Positions 1-14,583 are shown, counted from the stretch's first letter. The stretch: 64,000 bases of DNA from Octopus vulgaris (GCA_951406725.2 OX597817.1:13950001-14014000), one strand, 5' to 3'. Made by a program: numbers and translations. The notes: generated by a model not told the origin, from the sequence alone.

Positions 1-169
1 TTTACGCGCGTGTATATTCACGCACGCGCATAACATTCCTTGACCAATCGCAGCCCATCTTACAGTAATAACAATCAACTTTTGTCATTCAAATGCAAAA
101 TAGCTGACGACTAACATCACACTTGAAACTCAAGAGTACCAACGAATTTGAATCAAACTGTTTTGATCC

Positions 170-202
170 ATATTTATATATATATATCTATATATTTATT
201 TG

Positions 203-235
<33 letters not shown>

Positions 236-357
236 GTATGCATATATGTATGTACATATATAGATATACAAAAATACATACATACATATATATATATATA
301 TGCATATATATGTGTGTGTACGTGTATAAATGTATACATGAATACATATACATAAAT

Positions 358-394
<37 letters not shown>

Positions 395-610
395 CACACA
401 CATCATATACATATACTAAAAACTGCATTACGACCAGCGATGTGTAACAACATTTGATAGCCTGGTCATGTATATATACATACATATGCATATATGTGTG
501 TGTGTGTGTATGTATGTATAAGGAGTGGTATATACACATACACACACGCAAACAAATATATATGCACATACATATACACACACATACATATGTAGGTATG
601 TATTTATGTA
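170..610. repeat. Compound (TA)n/(CA)n/(TG)n microsatellite block
   Basis: Directly visible dinucleotide runs; explains the YIYI/HTHT pseudo-ORFs. Confidence 0.95.
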
Positions 611-1027
611 CTGTGATGCTTTCACTTTTTTTTTCACAAATCCGTTTGCAGCTTAACTGTAAATGTGAATTGAATTTCTTTCTGCAGGTTTTTTTTAATT
701 CTAAATTTATTTCGTATTAATTACCCTGGCTACGAATGGTATTTCTAACTATAAAGATTAACAAAACTGTCCTCAATGACACTCGGTACAAATCAAGAGC
801 TATGCAAACAAGTTTGGTTTTAAATTCTTTGTATGTCTATAGACGATATTTCCTGTTTCCGTTAGATGAACATTTTAGCTTAAACCGACGCTGATACATT
901 AAAGACAAACATGGATTCAGGAAGAAAGAAAAGCCACAATGCATAATTGAGCATTGGCGTATATCATAGCATTTTAGTGCAACAATTAGTGCCATGCAAT
1001 CTTGCGGCTAATTATTATTATTATTAC

Positions 1028-1089
<62 letters not shown>

Positions 1090-1091
<2 letters not shown>

Positions 1092-1305
1092 TAGTATATT
1101 TTTTTTTTATAGCGTGCTTTCACTTCACTACCAAGCGCAGCTCTGTGTGCCTTGGGTACGTGCTGTGATATGTTGTGATGCTCTGATGGTTATTGTATGG
1201 AAAGTGTTCTGCGTAGGATGTGTGCAGTGCCTAGTAGTGCAATTTTCTGTATGTTATATGTGTTTGTAAGTCCTGGTGTTTTTGTTATGTATTTGTCTGA
1301 ATATT
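1090..1305 (-). mobile_element. 3' fragment of RLE-type (R4/Dong-like) non-LTR retrotransposon in (TAA)n tract
   Basis: Minus strand reads KYSDKYITKTPGLTNTYNIQKIALLGTAHILRRTLSIQ* (QK.ALLGT.HILRR C-terminal motif of R4/Dong-type ORFs), then a short 3' UTR and the (TAA)n run at 1010-1088. Confidence 0.75.
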
Positions 1306-1322
1306 TTATTATTATTATTATT

Positions 1323-1387
<65 letters not shown>

Positions 1388-1411
1388 TGTTGTTGTTGTT
1401 GTTGTTATCAT

Positions 1412-1780
1412 CAAGGCAGCGAGCTGGTAGAATCGTTAGCATGCCGGGCAAAATGCCTTGCGGAATTTCGTTTGTCTTTATGTTCTGAGTTCAAATTCCG
1501 CCGAGGTCAACTTTGCTTTTCATCCTTTCGGAGTTAAAAAATTAAGTACCAATTGAGCACTGGGGTCAAAGTATTCGACTTATTCCCTTCCCAGAAATTA
1601 CTGGCCTTGTGCCAAAAATTGAAATCATTATTATTATTGTTATTATGACTGCGAGCTGGCAGAATCATTAGCACGCCCGACAGAATGCCTCGCGGTATTT
1701 CGTCTGTCTTTACATTCTGAGTTCAAACCTTGCCTTTCATTATTTCGGGATCGCTAAGTACCAGTTGAGTACTGGGGCAA
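1412..1780 (+). mobile_element. SINE family B, two diverged tandem copies
   Basis: aaggcagcgagctggtagaatcgttagc head, B-box-like gagttcaaattcc, gcttttcatcctttcgg...aagtacca body shared with >15 other copies in the window. Confidence 0.85.
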
Positions 1781-1789
1781 CCTACGGGC

Positions 1790-2480
1790 AGGCAATCTTT
1801 TGTTGTGACAGTGCCGAAATCAACACAATACTTCTCACTTTTCCTAATTTAGGTGAAACAGCATGAGAAGGTAAATTGGAGGAGAGCTCAAGTTACCATT
1901 CCAGCATGGAAGACGGTATTGTATCGCTGAGTGTCGGCGAAACCCGACGCTTTGAAGCAGCAACACATGCCCAGATGGAAAGAGCTCTCAGATAAATATG
2001 GGTAAATATAGATGATATGGCAGGGGCAAGGTAGAGAGGAAAATTTGATTTGGGCTTACAGTAGAGATCCTCCTCCTGGTCAGACCGGAGGATGTAGAAA
2101 AGATCTCAGACCTCATCCACTTGCACAGTAAAGTGGATCAGCGTATTGCAGTTCAGGTGCACAAGGCTAGGCTGTCACTTGTGTGGTGCGAAGGCCACGT
2201 AAGAGTATTCTGCCTTCAGCAAAAACAGGGGAGACGAGGCTCTCTTTTTCTGTCGATATCACAGCCCCAACAACACTAGCAGTAGCAGCAGCAGCGACAG
2301 TAGCACCACCGAAGAGAAAATGAACTACAGTAGCAGTACAAACACTAATAACAATACCAACAGAAGCAACAGCCACTCTATCAACCGCAGTTGCAGCTGC
2401 GACAAGAGCATCAACGGCAGTACCAACACCAGCAACAATGACAGACACAAAAATAGAAACAAAACTTAAAGAAAATCTCC
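1790..2480 (+). pseudogene. Decayed L1/Tx1-like LINE ORF1 fragment
   Basis: GC-richer segment with a frameshifted zinc knuckle C-H-L-C-G-A-x-G-H-V-R-V-F-C (CX2CX4HX4C) at ~2173-2215, followed by a low-complexity Ala/Thr tract. Confidence 0.5.
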
Positions 2481-3269
2481 AACTCCTCTCATGCTCTCCC
2501 TTTCTCTTACTCTCCATCTCTCGTGCTCTTCTTTACTCTTATTCTCCCTCTCTCTTACTCTCCCCCTCCTCCTTTTCACGTACAAACACACACATGGACA
2601 CACTCATAAACATACCCCTATCCCCACTTGCATCGGATCTGTGCGAAGTGGATATCTCAGCTTGCGAGAAGGGACAAACAAATAAATTTAATAAGAAAAA
2701 CACTGAAATTTTCTAAAAAGCTATATCCACCTTAAATGAACCATTTAATCCCTGCAGTATCACTGAAACCTCACTCGCGTGAAACAGTCAAACCTACAAC
2801 AACTTCACTACCACTTCCAACACTACCTTAACAAAAAGAAAAGACACACAAGAGCAGCTCAAACAGTCAGCGATACAAACACATCAACAAATCACACCGG
2901 CTCAGACTTCGTGCTGAATCAAAAACTGACGTCGTTTATCGCACAAAAGAGAACATTGAAAGATAGTAAGAGGTCTTCAGGTCAAGCACTTCCAAAGTGA
3001 CCCAAAATTTGAAAATAATTAAGATGAATTGGGAGATACAATTCATCTGAAAAGTCGCCGACTATATGGATCATAAATTTGTGATCTATACAGTTGATCA
3101 AGACAGGCTGCATTTACAGGAACCCGGTTACTAGAAATTAAATGTACCTTTTCAAACGCGCCAAGCTTACAGAAACTGGATTAAAGAATTAGTTCAGAGG
3201 GAGTTAAGAGCGATTAAAGTAGATTAGAAGAGCCGGAATGACAGTCCAGTTAAATTGCTCGATTTCTGG

Positions 3270-4060
3270 TTAGGTCCGGATCTCTAAGTGGAGAAGAACT
3301 GTGCCAAGAGAAAGCTATCCCTGACAAGTCGGACGGAGGTGGCGAACGCATACATTGCCTCTGCTATTTGTTATCACCTGGCCGTCGTGTCTTCCCTCAG
3401 TCATGCCTTGCACCTAGAGCGCCTGATCTTTCGTTTCTTTAGATGTAATGCATTCCATTGTACAGATCATCCTTTTGCTGTCAACATCTGTTGATTGGAG
3501 GACTGGCTGTTAACGAGCAGCATGTGCTGCGGATGCAGCATCTCCAAAGTTTTCTTGACAGTGAACAGGTATGGTCCCCATTTGTCAGACTCACTTTTCT
3601 ACAGCTCGCATATGAGAGAGATGTAGTCCTGTATCAAAGGTAAACCGGTGTAGGGTATCTGGCACCTAGAGTGTTAACAAGCTCTTATAGACCTCTGCCA
3701 GTTTGACAATGTGAGTAGTGGCTTTCTGTAGAGTGTTAATGGCGGGTAAAAGCAATGACATTCGTTAGTGGTGGGTAAGAGCGACGGTTGAATATTGGGC
3801 TTCAGGGAAATCTGCTCAGGAGGACTTTCAGGCTAAGGCCCAAGAACAATTTCCATAAATCACTTATCTGACATTGCTATCGAAGTGCTTTACTAGTTCA
3901 GGATAAACTCTACAGAAATGGAAGTGCCGTTAGACGGGCCGATTCGAGATGTGCGTAAAGCAACGAAGCTGTTTTGCACTCACACGTTCAGTGCCCGAAC
4001 ATGGGTTTCTATCGAAAACCTACTGTCGCATGTGCAACAGATTCAGCTATCAACTGAATA
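3270..4060 (+). pseudogene. Decayed L1/Tx1-like LINE ORF2 C-terminal fragment
   Basis: Frameshifted peptides RKLSLTSRTEVANAYIASAICYHL / LERLIFRFF / QHLLIGGL and a C-terminal RCA.SNEAVLHSHVQCP zinc-finger-like motif, as in post-RT regions of Tx1/L1 ORF2. Confidence 0.6.
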
Positions 4061-4240
4061 CATTTTAGAAAACTTTTCTTTATAAATAAATAGATAAAAT
4101 GGGTAGAAATTATAGTGGTAACGCCCACATAAAAAATAACTTTAAAAAGGAAAACAAATTTAAAACAAACGGAAAAATACACGAACGATATTTTATTGCA
4201 GAGAAGTAAACTCGTTTTAATAGGGAGAAATAAATGACAT

Positions 4241-4405
4241 AGGCGCAGGAGTGGCTGTGTGGTAAGTAGCTTGCTTACCAACAACATGGTTCCGGGTTCA
4301 GTCCCACTGCGTGGCATCTTGGGCAAGTGTCTTCTGCTATAGCCCCGGGCCGACCAATGCCTTGTGAGTGGATTTGGTAGACGGAAACTGAAAGAAGCCT
4401 GTCGC

Positions 4406-4462
<57 letters not shown>

Positions 4463-4680
4463 TGTGTTTCTATGTCTGTGTTTGTCCCCTAGCATTGCTT
4501 GACAACCGATGCTGGTGTGTTTACGTCCCCGTCACTTAGCGGTTCGGCAAAAGAGACCGATAGAATAAGTACTGGGCTTACAAAGAATAAGTCCCGGGGT
4601 CGATTTGCTCGACTAAAGGCGGTGCTCCAGCATGGCCGCAGTCAACTGACTGAAACAACTAAAAGAATAAAAGAAAAGAA
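4241..4680 (+). mobile_element. SINE family A (tRNA head, CORE-like cttgggcaagtg, internal (TA)/(TG) microsatellite)
   Basis: A-box-like tggctgtgtggt, B-box-like ggttcagtccc, aaaagagt-type tail; near-identical copies elsewhere in the window. Confidence 0.9.
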
Positions 4681-4899
4681 AATCTGTTGTCAATGGTACT
4701 AATGTAAACTATTATTGAGACATTTTGGAAACAATAATAACATTCGCTCACATATTGTGCTAAATAAATTTGTTGAATATATTGTAAATTCCGTCATAGA
4801 AATTTGAGAACTTTGGCTAAAATTATTAGTGACAGGAAGGTTTTGAAAATAGAAATAATCCAGTCATATAAGGAAACCTGGCAGCGATGTGCGCCAATG

Positions 4900-5400
4900 A
4901 ATTATGACAGTTTACCTCAGGATTTTTCCTAAAAGAAGCAAGGGTAATTTGAGATCTTCCTCACAAAAAGTGGGTGTTTAGCAAGTCCTCAAAAGTGTAA
5001 TTGAAAGAAGTCCCGGTTAATATTTGGGGCAGTGTACCACCCCAAACACTGGACGAGTCCTCTTTCTGTTGCTTTTTTTTTCTTTTGTCTGTCACATCTT
5101 CAAGAGCGAGGACGAAGCGAGGCGAAAAGCAGATTTCATGCGAGACACACAAACCAATAAGTCATATCATTAATAGTCGGGTCAACGCAATACTAAGTGT
5201 GACACTCAGAGACATTGGCTGTGAAGTTGACAATTGGATCGTTGTCACCTTTATATCGCAATGTGGGCAGGTTGTGAAAGTAGAGTCTAAGAAATGTAGC
5301 ATGTAATCTGGAGGGGTTAGTATGGATTTAAAAGTCCTAACGATCTTAGAAAACCGTAATGCCTTTGCGGAGCTAAGCCCTGTCATCGATGCAAAAAAAA
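4900..5400 (+). pseudogene. Possible decayed LINE ORF1-like coding remnant
   Basis: Protein-like stretches (FKSEDEARRKADFMR; VTLRDIGCEVDNWIVVTFISQCGQVVKV) with frameshifts; family not certain. Confidence 0.3.
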
Positions 5401-5423
5401 AGCAATGCCTTTGTAGTAATAGT

Positions 5424-5650
5424 ACCTATTTCTTTATTACCCACAAGGGGCTAAACACAGAGGGGACAAACAAGGACAGACATAGGTATTAAGTCGATTA
5501 CATCGACCCCAGAGCGTAACTGGTACTTTATTTATCGACCCTGGAAGGATGAAAGGCAAAGTCGACCTCGGCGGAATTTGAACTCACAACGTAACGCAGA
5601 CGAAATACCGCTAAGCATTTCGCCCGGCGTGCTAACGTTTCTACCATCTC
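5424..5650 (-). mobile_element. SINE family B
   Basis: Reverse complement of the family B consensus, including the tail tatttctttattacccacaaggggctaaacac. Confidence 0.9.
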
Positions 5651-6562
5651 ACCTACTTTCCCGATGAGGAGAAAATAGAGGTTCGAGAAGAGCTACATAC
5701 TGATGAGGATGGTTAGAAAAAGAAGAGAAAGAGAAAGAAAAGTGAGCCAAACCTGAAGATATTCAGGACGTTGTAAGAGGAAGCCTTTCACGAACTACCT
5801 GTAGTTTATGGTTCTGTGGACGAGAAGATGTCCCTAAGAATCCAGTATGACGATGTATTGTATGAGGCAGAAGATTTAGGGTCGTTTTACTACCTGTAAA
5901 AAGCATGTAAAAGAGAGAATGTGAAGATGTATCAATAATTCATCATTATAGAAAACAGCAACACCAGAGGTCGTTGAATACTTTTTGCTATGACCGACGC
6001 AGAAAATGCTTACGAGTGCCTTTGGATGCACTCGGTTTTAAGAGACCGAATTACAGGCCAACAGATTCATGTTGTCTTCTCACTCGACCAAGTTCATGAA
6101 TTCTCATTCATGTGTGGGTTAGGTCACCCTATTTACTCATTAGGGTTTTTTTAAAATTATATATTCTTAATTGTATATTTCTGTATAATTACCAAGTTAT
6201 TCAATGCATTTAATTTATTTCAGATTTTTAACATACCCGTATATATGTTACATAACATCTTTCTCCCCCTCTCTCTCTCGTTTTTATATAACCTTTTCCA
6301 TCTTTTACTTTTCCAGCCCCTATGTCTACGCTCATCTATTGTATAATATGAATGCATTCTTGGTGGAAAGCAAAGAAAGTATTACCATAATTATTAATGA
6401 TATTATTAATACTATTCCTCTATGTGCTACAAATGCAACAAAGCGACAAATGACACAATGCAAGTATTGAATAATAATATAACGTTATCATAGAATATAA
6501 ACTGTTTAATACATAAACAAACATGAATTAAGGTGTAACACATCTTAATAGACACATACGCG

Positions 6563-6609
<47 letters not shown>

Positions 6610-7708
6610 ATAGTTATTCAATGCAAATATTTAAATAATAGAATAAGGTACCTAGAAAATACTGTGCTGGGTCCATTAATATCCGAATCCTATAGTTGTT
6701 GGCCAGTCGTCTGTACAATCAATGTCTATTTACTTTGATACCTTGTGCTGGTCTACAGCGAGACAATCTGCATTAATTGGCAATTCCTCGCACCTGTAAA
6801 TGTTAACATGTTAACATCGACGACAAACGGCAGAAAGGGAAGGAAGAACACTGTCACACCCTCATAGTGGTGCAACACAAAGTATAGAAATCTGGGTTGT
6901 TTGTTGGTCCCAACCGTGATAAACACAATGAACTGGGTGTGGCAACGCTTATCATTGCCCGCTAATTGTCACCCCTCGACGCCTTATCTTTGCAAGGTCA
7001 CCAAAGAAAGAAGTGAAAAAAAAAAAAGTTAAAAAACGAATTAATAAAACTAAAAAAAAAAATCGGAAACAGGTTTTCATGCTTAAAGCTTCGTTAAATC
7101 TCACGTGTATTTCTGGTTGAAACAAACTCTTTTGTTCAACAAGGGTTTCTGTAAAGCATACAAATAAATAAACAAACATGTTTATTTTTCCATGTGGGGA
7201 AATTGTTATTTTAATTAATTATATTGAAAAATACCCACCTAGCTTTTCAAAATGGAGACATCTGTTTTATTTTGACGATCATCTGTAAATGTTTTGTATG
7301 GTTTAGAAAAAGGAAATACCAGGCGCAGCATAGACTAATTTAAATTGTGTCATATCTAAAATGTGATCTGTCTTGCAATATGCACTTTTAGGTAAAAGTT
7401 CCTTCAATGCGAAATTTATAGTGGTGTCTATTTTATGGACAAGATCAGTAATTTTAGGGGAGGATGTTCGTCAATACTACTGGACTCAGTATTTGACTAG
7501 CACTTTTAACGATCCCAGAAGAATGAAAAGGAAAGTTAACCTCAGCAGGATTTGAACTTAGAGCGTAAAAAATCCGGACAAATTTTGTAAGTCAACGTTT
7601 CGACGCCGTAACGATCGTGCTAACAGTCCATTTATACTCGCAAAACATGCTACAAAATGGGTTAAGACACGGTGTAAGGAAGGAATGATTGAAACGGTGG
7701 GCAGTATA

Positions 7709-7983
7709 CTCTCTTTTACTCTTTTACTTGTTTCAGTCATTTGACTGCGGCCATGCTGGAGCACCGCCTTTAGTCGAGCAAATCGACCCCGGGATTTATT
7801 CTTTGTAAGCCCAGTACTTATTCTATCGGTCTCTTTTGCCGAACTGCTAATTGACGAGGACGTAAACACACCAGCATCGGCTGTCAAGCAATGCTAGGGG
7901 GACAAACACAGACACACAAACATATACACACACACTTATATATATATACATATATACAGCAAGCTACTTATATCCTGCGCCTA
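7709..7983 (-). mobile_element. SINE family A with internal head deletion
   Basis: Full tail and body; head collapsed to agcaagctactta-tcctgcgcct, so the CORE-like part is missing. Confidence 0.85.
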
Positions 7984-8755
7984 TATTGATATTTATTTTG
8001 TGATTGTACAAAATAATTAAATGAAAATTCATACACACACACGCACACACGCACGCGCACACACACAGAGTTAAACGAAATACAATTTAAAACTACGCAT
8101 AGCAAGTTAGAGAAACTCGCCATCATTGGGAAGTTAGATCATCGCTTACATTGAGTCAAACCTTTACCCGCCCACTCATCACACGACTTTACTTGCCTGC
8201 CATTTCTCGTATTGGAACCCGATGCATCCCAAAAGTACCCGCAAACAGTTGAGCTTTTGAGTCCCACAAGAATACTTGTTTTATGGTATTATCTTCAACT
8301 ATGTTTTATCGACAAATTATCTCTTTATCTCCTAAAATCCCACCCTCTGTCCTCTTTCTCAATCAGCACTGATTCATAGCCATACATCACAAAACCTTTA
8401 TACTCAAAACCTTTATACTCTCAGGGAGTTCTGAATTTCGTATTCCTTTGCTGATAATGTATTTTGTCTGTAATCATGAATTTAATTCTAATCAATTTGG
8501 TCCATCCGATTACAAGAAGTACATTAAAGGTCATAATGGTTCGCTGCAGTAATTAGAGGAATCACTATAAAATCAACGATTGCTTCGTTATCTTTCAGTG
8601 TTCAATTCAACTTTCGTTGTGCATATGGTCAGAAGAGGAACTTAGATCCCTGTGGTCACATTACAAAGTCAATAGAGCCGAGCATTCATTGGTGGATATA
8701 TCTGGTTATGAAAGTCAATATAGTGACAGGACAAAGGATATTACACTCTCGGAAG

Positions 8756-9180
8756 TGGCGAGCTGTCAGAATCGTTAGCACGCCGGGCGAAATGCTTATT
8801 TCGTATGCCGCTACGTTCTGAGTTCAAATTCCCCCGAGGTCGACTTTGCCTTTCATCCTTTCGGGGTCGATTAAATAAGTACCAGTTACGAACTGGAGTC
8901 GATATAATCGACTTAATCCCTTTGCCTGTCCTTGTTTGTCCCTTCTATGTTTAGCCCCTTGTGGGCAATAAAGAAATAAGAATCGTTAGCATGCCGGGCA
9001 AAATGCCTAGTAGCTTTTAATCAGTTATTACGTTCTGAGTTCAAATTCCGCTGAGGTTGACTTTGCCTTTCATCTTTTCAGAACCGATAAAATAAGTATC
9101 AGTTGACTACTGGGGTCGATATAATCGACTTACCCGCTCACCTGAAATTACTAACCTTGTGCCAAAAACAGAAGCCAATA
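8756..9180 (+). mobile_element. SINE family B tandem dimer
   Basis: Two consecutive units; the second starts at gaatcgttagc right after the first tail aaagaaata. Confidence 0.85.
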
Positions 9181-9579
9181 TTACACTCTCAGATTTGATC
9201 ATAGTTTATGCTTATGTTGATTAAGCTGAACAAAATTTATTCTAATCATGAAATTCCTGCCATTCTTCTCAAACATAGTAAATCTAGAATTAAACCGCTC
9301 AATGTGCCTATTTTCTAAAGATGGTAGAGAGTAGTTTGGAAGAGATTTGACTGCTATTTCTAGCAGATCATGCACTCGCATAAAGCCTTTCTCACAGTCT
9401 TAAAAGCTGATTTTCCTAAATAATTTTGAATACAAAATAATTTAATCTGTGAATACAAAATATCTTAATTTTATTAGACAGTAAACGTTTACATTAGAGG
9501 ATGGTAGTCCGAGGTGCTTGATTCAATCCCAATTATTGCCTTCTATAAGTCATTCTTATTAAGTGTATTATTTGTTTAG

Positions 9580-9972
9580 GGAGGTGCAATGGCCCAGTGG
9601 TTAGGGCAGCGGACTCGCGGTCATAGGATCGCGGTTTCGATTCCCAGACCGGGCGTTGTGAGTGTTTATTGAGCGAAAACACCTAAAAGCTCCACGAGGC
9701 TCCGGCAGGGGATGGTGGTGATCCCTGCTGTACTCTTTCACCACAACTTTCTCTCACTCTTACTTCCTGTTTCTGTTGTACCTGTATTTCAAAGGGCCGG
9801 CCTTGTCACTCTCTGTGTCACGCTGAATATCCCCGAGAACTACGTTAAGGGTGCACGTGTCTGTGGAGTGCTCAGCCACTTACACGTTAATTTCACGAGC
9901 AGGCTGTTCCGTTGATTCGGATCAACCGGAACCCTCGTCGTCGTAACCGACGGAGTGCTTCCATCCCCATCC
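9580..9972 (+). mobile_element. SINE family C, full length, 13-bp TSD
   Basis: tRNA-like head tggcccagtggttagggcagcggactcgcgg...ggtttcgattccc; TSD attatttgtttag at 9567-9579 and 9973-9985. Confidence 0.92.
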
Positions 9973-10337
9973 ATTATTTGTTTAGAATGTAGAGGAATAA
10001 ATGATTGACTCGGTACTGAACTCAAAAACTCATCGACGGAATTAAACGAACTCTAACGAGGGTTTCAATGAGATCGAAGATTGCTTTCCGTTCGATATCT
10101 GTAATGAAAAGAGCATTTGGGGATATAATTCCTTCGTTCATTCTACAGCAAAACTATGTTTTAAGTTTATAAAATACCCTTCGGTTTAACCGAGTTTGTT
10201 ATGTCTACATCGTTGACAAATGATATCTAACAAGGAATACATTAAAAAAGATTAGTAAAATAAAAAGAAGCAATGAAAAGACAAGATTTTAACAAAAACT
10301 AATAATTGAATGAGTTGTGATAATATTAAACATTCAC

Positions 10338-10731
10338 AGTGGCCGTGTGGTATGTAGCTTGCTTACCAACCACATGGTTCCGGGTTCAGTCCCACTGAAG
10401 TGTCTTCTACTATAGCCGCGGGCCGACCAAAGCCTTGGGAGTGGATTTGGTAGACGGAAACTGAAAGAAGCCCGTCGTATATATATATATGTATGTATGT
10501 GTGTGTGTATATGTTTGTGTGTCTGTGTTTGTCCCCCAACATCACTTGACAACCGATGCTGGTGTGTTTACATCCCCGTAACTTAGCGGTTCGGCAAAAG
10601 GGACCGATAGAATAAGTACTAGGCTTACAAAGAATAAGTCCTGGGATCGATTTGCTCGACTAAAAGGCGGTGCTCCAGCATGGCCGCAGTCAAATGACTG
10701 AAACAAGAAAAAGAGTGAAAGAGTAAAAGAG
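10338..10731 (+). mobile_element. SINE family A
   Basis: Matches the family A copy at 4241-4680. Confidence 0.9.
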
Positions 10732-11417
10732 AACCAATACGTTTAGTTTATTATAACTCAAAAGAGTTATAATATTTTTGCAGAGGAAAATATTTAAAAA
10801 GAAGTGGAAAGCAGATGGTGACAAACAGGTACGGTTGGACTTATCTTACTGAGCCATCTCTTATTTATATCACAGCCCAGCATGTGTTGCTTTTGATTTC
10901 ACTCTCCTCTAATTTTTACAAAATCTTAGGACCGGAATAAACCTTTGCATTATAGAAAATCAGACCGTCTGTTGTTAATTTTTAATTTTAAGTGAATACT
11001 GTTGATCAGGAGTGTGCAAACCTCAATACACGTGTGAAAGGTAAAACTTTAAGAAATATTTCTGTGTGACCATTAGATTACATGTCTAAATTTTAAATGG
11101 CGAGACAACAGCTTAAGTAATAGTTCGCTTACTTCAATAATCAGAACTAAAACAAGATATACGTTTAACATTTGTTAGCATTTAATGAATCGTTATTTTT
11201 ACTTGGATAACATATGTAACCTTAGATAGCAACAATATGATTAATTAAGTGGTCAGAACGCTTTACAAATCGGCAATCTTTATGGTTTGCAAGTAAGTTT
11301 TCAATACAAGCAAGGTTTGAATAAATTCATAAAAGCCCATCCTTCACGTGTGCCAGTAACAGATTTTCACAAAGTTCCTCTACCGATATATAATTAAACG
11401 ATTTACAATTTGAGGAG

Positions 11418-11671
<254 letters not shown>

Positions 11672-11698
11672 ATGATGATGATGATGATGATGATGAAA

Positions 11699-11764
<66 letters not shown>

Positions 11765-12552
11765 TCAAACACTAATAATATTAACATTCGCATGCATTTT
11801 ATTCGTTAATTTGAAGAGGTGGGAAGTCTTCATGAACTTTTTAAAGGTTTCTTTGTCCTGTCGATTGGGATATCTGAATGAGAAGAGGTTAATTGAAGCC
11901 TAATATAAATGGTTGCACGTTAGTTAATAGCTTAGTGTGATGATATAAATATATATATATAACGGTCCTACGAAATGGATAAATTTCTGAATGATAAGGA
12001 TCAGACAAAGTGTTTAGTAAATTGAGTGAGGCACAATGGAGGTATCGTGATGAAGAGACACTACCAGAGGTTAGGCTTAGGGATTGTAAAACATTGCTGA
12101 GTGGGAAGCAAGGCTGATTGAGTTTTGTATTAGACCCTAACTCAGGAATTGTGAGTTTAAATCTGTTATAGCCGTTTCGTTGTTTCTACAATAGCTGTAC
12201 TTCCTTAAGTTTACTTACTTGCTGGGATTATGCTCCAGAGTTCCAGATTAACAGACATTATGTAAGATCATATTTCATTGTGCAGTTTTCATGAGCAATT
12301 CTTTCAGTTTATCACACTGATTTAATATTAAAAAGAACTTTGATGAAGTATCGCTTACACAATCAAGAATCACTTCTCAGCACAAGGATCAGACACATAA
12401 CCTAAAAAAACTCGGTGGTTAATTTGCAGACATTTACCATGCGAAAAATAAACGGAAAATTAACGAATAAAATATCATCGTTTATGCTTCTTAACAAATA
12501 GTTACGCTTTCTGACAAATAGTAACAGTGAAATCACGCGATACGTAAGTACC

Positions 12553-13043
12553 ATCCATTGGTGCAGACGATCATTTCTTCTACCGATATTGTCGGTGCTT
12601 AATTAGCACGTATCGTCAACATGGGATGGCATTTCTGGGAATAAACAGAAGTTTAAGGCGTTCTAAACAACAAATCCAATTTAGGTTGGATGTGCTAATT
12701 ATTATTCGTTATAAACACTGCTTCTGTTGGTAATAGCTAACTTATTCATATCCCACCGGGTTTTTATGAATTTATGGGCTGTTTGGCCATTAATATACGA
12801 TATCGGTTGGGCTGATTTTCGTTCTGAATGCCGTACGTAGCTAACTGTCGCCGATGATCCGCAGTAACGGTGAAATCCGGTGATATGGTTTGTCATCCAT
12901 CGGTGCAGACAATCATTTCATCAGCCTTTATAGTTGGTGCATAATTACCACGTATCGTCAACACGAGATGGTACCTGTAGACATATACAGCAGTTTAAGG
13001 CATTCTAAACAACATAACCAATTTAGGTTGGATGTGTTAATTA
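12553..13043 (+). repeat. Diverged ~150-bp direct repeat pair (~12553-12702 and ~12895-13043)
   Basis: catccat(t/c)ggtgcagac...cacgtatcgtcaaca...gtttaaggc.ttctaaacaaca...ccaatttaggttggatgtg.taatta present twice, about 342 bp apart. Confidence 0.85.
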
Positions 13044-13876
13044 CTATATGATTATTCTATGCTTAGTGACGTGACACAATAATTCTCTTCACCCCATCCT
13101 TAGTCTTAAAAACAATACATAAGGTATCATATACCCATTATCGCCCGATGTAAGAGATCTCTCTTCAGGTAGAGGCGAGGACGACCCCCAGATATTCTTT
13201 GGAGGGTCAAAATAGAGGTGCTCTTGTTTTAAGTAACACATTGGTGGCTTTCATCCAAATATTCAAAGTTCGTCTGTTGCAAATCACATTTGCAAATGTC
13301 GATTCCGTTCACCTACCTTAAATCGCTCTCGTTAAAAATAGGAAATTAACCTTGCTTGGAACAAAACAAAAACTGTACTTGTTTGCAAGTATTATTGTAG
13401 ATGTTGTTATTGCTGTTGTGGTTATTTTCATTACAAAAAACGACGTCGAAATCGTTCTCATTAGTATCAATATCCAGAGAGACATCGTCGTTGTTTGTGT
13501 GAAGATGTATGTACTCAATTGGACAGCATGTTTTCGGTGGTTTTGCTTTCTATGGAGATTGCTTCTGTCTTTCAGTGGCGTTTTATGTTGAATGTAAACA
13601 GATTAAACTAAATGGTGCGTGCTAAAAACAATAAAATAAACTTTTCAGCTTCCTATGCAATAGTTCCACGCGATACAATATCGATAAATCCAAATTCTGA
13701 ACAAAAGAATCAGCAGAATGTAATTCAAATGCAGGAACGATGCCTAATACATCTTGTCAGAGCCAAAAACAGCAGCAGCAGCCGCAGCAGCAACAGCATC
13801 ATCAGCCATAATGACGACGATGACGACAACAACAGCATTTTGCCTGGTGTGCTAACGACTCTACCAGCTCACCGCC

Positions 13877-13979
<103 letters not shown>

Positions 13980-13987
13980 TAATAATG

Positions 13988-14021
<34 letters not shown>

Positions 14022-14041
14022 CAACAATAATAATAATAATG

Positions 14042-14076
<35 letters not shown>

Positions 14077-14086
14077 TATAATAATA

Positions 14087-14454
14087 AGCAGGAGTGGCTG
14101 TGTGGTAAGTAGCTTGCTAACCAACCACACGGTTGCGGGTTCAGTCCCACTGCGTGGCATCTTGGGCAAGTGTCTTCTGCTATAGCCCCGGGCCGACCAA
14201 TGCCTTGTGAGTGGATTTGGTAGACGGAAACTGAAAGAAGCCTGTCGTATATATGTATATATATGTATATGTGTGTGTGTTTGTGTGTCTGTGTTTGTCC
14301 CCCTAGCATTGCTTGACAACTGATGCTGGTGTGTTTACGTCCCCGTCACTCAGCGGTTCGGCAAAAAGAGACCGATAGAATAAGTACTAAAAGGTGGTGC
14401 TCCAGCATGGCCGCAGTCAAATGACTGAAACAAGTAAAAGAGTAAAAGAGAGAG
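14087..14454 (+). mobile_element. SINE family A inserted in (TAA)n
   Basis: Family A consensus with a short internal deletion; (TAA)n on both sides. Confidence 0.9.
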
Positions 14455-14504
14455 TAATAATAATAATGATAATAATAATAATAATAATAATAATGATAAT
14501 AATA

Positions 14505-14583
<79 letters not shown>

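Noticed and set aside
4009-4407. Recurrent RQASFSFRLPNPLTRHWSARGYSRRHLPK peptide as a gene family
   Set aside because: Antisense translation of the SINE A head, recurring wherever the SINE occurs.
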